Source: Nitrososphaerota archaeon | Lineage (GTDB): Archaea; Thermoproteota; Nitrososphaeria; Nitrososphaerales; Gagatemarchaeaceae | Assembly (NCBI GenBank): GCA_027886825.1 | Contig: JAPCJS010000002.1 | Coordinates: forward strand, 355 to 64,354 | Direction of reading: 5' to 3' | DNA length: 64,000 nucleotides | Shown: positions 62,119-64,000 of the stretch, one piece after another | Numbering within the stretch: the stretch's first letter is position 1 | How the letters are laid out: the number at the start of each line of letters is the position of its first letter | Translations under genes and position numbers: made by a program | Notes under the pieces: generated by a model | What the model was told of the DNA's origin: nothing | Databases searched by the model: none | The model's input: only the letters and a program-made list of their open reading frames with translations

Positions 62119-63300
62119 GTGTCGTCAACCTATCAGGGGCCCGCCGAGAGGATGGTTCCTTTGCTTCTTCTTGCCCTTTTGGTTCTCGCCTGTGCTTCGA
62201 GCGTTCCTCCGGCCAGAGCACAGGTAGTCAAAGCAACAGTGACAGTCGGAATGACCCCCTACGGCGTTGCCTACGACTCCGGAAAGGGCGAGGTCTTCGT
62301 CGCAAACAGGGACTCGGACAACGTCTCGGTCATCTCAGATAGCACCAATTCCGTTGTGTCGATGGTGTCAGTGCCCGTCGAACCCTTTGGCTTGGCCTAC
62401 GACCCTGCAAAGAACGAGGTCTTCGTCGCGTGTAGCAGCTCCGACGTCGTCTCAGTGATTTCTGACGCCACCAACTCGATTGTGGCTAACGTGACCTTGC
62501 CGGCGGGGTCGGGACCGCAGGGCCTCGTCTACGACCCGTCCAAGGGCGAGGTTTTCGTGACAGATTTTGTCTCGGCCCAGGTCTCGGTGATATCGGATAC
62601 CAGCAACAAAGTAATCGCGACCGTCGGCGTGGGAGGCGGACCCTACGAAGCAGCGTACGACTCCGCCAAGGGCGAAGTGTTCGTGGCTGATGGGTATGGT
62701 TCGAACAATGTCTCGGTGATCTCAGACACCACGAACACAATCGTCACGAACGTGACCGTAGGAGACATGCCCTTCGGCGCGGCCTATGACCCGTCCAAGG
62801 GCGAGGTCTTTGTCGCAGACGGCGCGGACAGCAATGTCTCCGTAATCTCGGATGCAAACAACCAGGTTGTCTCGACGATAATAGGGATCGGCTTCTATGA
62901 CGTCCTCTATGACCCGACCACGAATGAGGTGTACGTGGCAAACGGTGGAAGCGGCGGGGTCTCGGTGGTCTCCGACGCTAACAACTCCGTCGTCTCGACC
63001 TTGAACGTAGACGGCGGTGTCGGCGAGGCATACGACTCCGCGAGGGGCGAGGTATTCGTCGCCAACTCTGACAATGGCACGGTCTCCGTGATATCAGATG
63101 CACCCGCTTCGGTGTCTACCAGCGCTGCGACAAGCACGACCGGTACATCAACGACGACAGCATCGAGTTCGACTGGCGGAGGGGGAGGAGTGCCGGTGTT
63201 CCCCTATGCGATCGCCACGGCAATAGTCTTTACGGTCATCCTGTCGGCATCTTACCTGCTGGTCAGGCGTCGCGTTACTATCAAGGGGCCCTCTGAATAG
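62119..63300 (+). CDS. YVTN-type seven-bladed beta-propeller surface protein with C-terminal TM anchor
   Basis: Signal peptide, seven roughly 40-aa repeats (P.G.AYD..KGEVFVA....NVSVISD..N.VV), an S/T linker, then TM plus RRR. Confidence 0.85.
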   Translation: MSSTYQGPAERMVPLLLLALLVLACASSVPPARAQVVKATVTVGMTPYGVAYDSGKGEVFVANRDSDNVSVISDSTNSVVSMVSVPVEPFGLAYDPAKNEVFVACSSSDVVSVISDATNSIVANVTLPAGSGPQGLVYDPSKGEVFVTDFVSAQVSVISDTSNKVIATVGVGGGPYEAAYDSAKGEVFVADGYGSNNVSVISDTTNTIVTNVTVGDMPFGAAYDPSKGEVFVADGADSNVSVISDANNQVVSTIIGIGFYDVLYDPTTNEVYVANGGSGGVSVVSDANNSVVSTLNVDGGVGEAYDSARGEVFVANSDNGTVSVISDAPASVSTSAATSTTGTSTTTASSSTGGGGGVPVFPYAIATAIVFTVILSASYLLVRRRVTIKGPSE

Positions 63301-63660
63301 GACGGCCGATTTACCGTCAATAGGTCCCGCCTCTCGAAGTCGCGGGAGTGGTACACGCGGCTCTTTGGAAAAGGGCCCGACCTGGAACACTTTCCCGGAA
63401 ATGTCGAGTACAGGATCGGCGGTGTTTGGGTGCAGATCGTGAGCGGTAAGGTGCATGCCTCGAGCTGGACCCTCCTGATCGAAGTCCGAGACCTGACCCG
63501 TGTGAGAGAGCGGGTGCGTGAAAGCGGGATTACAGCCACCGAGATCGAGACAGTTCCTAGTGTAATCAGTTACTTCGATCTTAGCGACCCCGATGGTAAT
63601 GCCATGAGGTGGTTCCAGGTTCTGACGTCCGATCCCAGGGTCACAGGTATTCGCGATTAG
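63301..63660 (+). CDS. VOC/glyoxalase-fold ORF lacking a canonical start at its N-terminus
   Basis: Homology-like sequence (SREWYTRLFGKGPD...YFDLSDPDGNAMRWFQ) starts immediately after the YVTN TAG stop, in the same frame. The first ATG/GTG/TTG is at 63430, mid-domain. Confidence 0.5.
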   Translation, partial: DGRFTVNRSRLSKSREWYTRLFGKGPDLEHFPGNVEYRIGGVWVQIVSGKVHASSWTLLIEVRDLTRVRERVRESGITATEIETVPSVISYFDLSDPDGNAMRWFQVLTSDPRVTGIRD

Positions 63661-63720
63661 GGTACGGACAAGGAAGACTCACGAGAGGTGTCCCATACCG
63701 CCACCCGAAGACGATGGTTC

Positions 63721-63999
63721 CTAGGGACGACGCTTCAGACAAGCGTGCCATCTGCGATATGAGGGGGCGGTCAAGATGAGCGCAGCTGTGACCCGGCCGC
63801 CATCAAGAGAGTGCGATTCCTGCCTGGGATGCCCCCGGGAGTAGTTTCGTGACAGATTGAGCAGTTCCTCCACCGACCAGTGGTCGTCTAGGCGCTTGCC
63901 ATACTTGGCCGCGACGACCCTGCCAGCGGGGCTGATGAGGAATTCCGCCGGCAGGCCAGAATGATTCTCGCCCTTGCCTTTGGCTCCGTGCAGACGGTT
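63721..63999 (-). CDS. thioredoxin-fold AhpC/TSA-like protein, C-terminal part (5-prime end outside the window)
   Basis: Not in the ORF track. The minus-strand frame from 63999 reads GLPAEFLISPAGRVVAAKYGKRLDDHWSVEELL, typical of peroxiredoxin-like proteins. Stop at 63721-63723. Confidence 0.45.
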   Translation of the reverse strand, partial: NRLHGAKGKGENHSGLPAEFLISPAGRVVAAKYGKRLDDHWSVEELLNLSRNYSRGHPRQESHSLDGGRVTAALILTAPSYRRWHACLKRRP

Positions 64000-64000
64000 G

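Noticed and set aside
1-64000. Scan for CRISPR arrays, rRNA genes, transposases/IS elements and integrases.
   Set aside because: No regularly spaced short direct repeats and no rRNA-like conserved strings were seen by eye. No DDE, tyrosine or serine recombinase motifs were found among the translated ORFs. The only mobile-element signature is the tRNA-derived 30-bp direct repeat.

Overview
High-GC (by eye about 60-65 percent), gene-dense archaeal chromosomal segment. All calls come from reading the supplied ORF translations and the DNA by eye; no searches were run. Core content: (i) the conserved archaeal proteasome/exosome superoperon on the minus strand (psmA, SBDS, rrp4, rrp41, rrp42, rpl37ae, a small ORF, prefoldin beta; 44.7-49.3 kb); (ii) CDC48/VCP, glutamate dehydrogenase, PPK2, endonuclease IV and a eukaryotic-type DNA topoisomerase IB; (iii) an ECF transporter module translationally coupled to a short-form XPF nuclease and an F420:NADP oxidoreductase; (iv) two MoxR-DUF58 modules, one cut by the window start and one forming a six-gene operon with secreted and membrane proteins; (v) many small-molecule enzymes, regulators and transporters. 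Topo IB, short XPF, F420-type enzymes and a tRNA with two non-canonical insertions point to a TACK/Thermoproteota-like (Nitrososphaeria-like) archaeon, but this is inference only. The most unusual locus is at 56.8-58.0 kb. A tRNA-Lys(UUU) there folds only after removing two insertions (D-loop, and variable/T junction). A perfect 30-bp copy of its 3-prime end recurs about 1 kb downstream, bracketing a single methyltransferase gene with no integrase. The following DNA looks lower in GC and carries a diverged paralog of the GNAT gene at 8.5 kb. Other notable items: a PPOX gene with an in-frame TAG at the expected Trp position, a 1-nt frameshifted isochorismatase-family gene, a CC-HH variant tandem zinc-finger miniprotein, an unlisted 58-aa ORF next to a JAMM protease, several tight operons of uncharacterised small membrane or coiled-coil proteins, and several genes whose TM-coding sequence extends upstream of any canonical start. 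No CRISPR array, rRNA, transposase or integrase was seen. Many long track ORFs are antisense artefacts of the high GC content.
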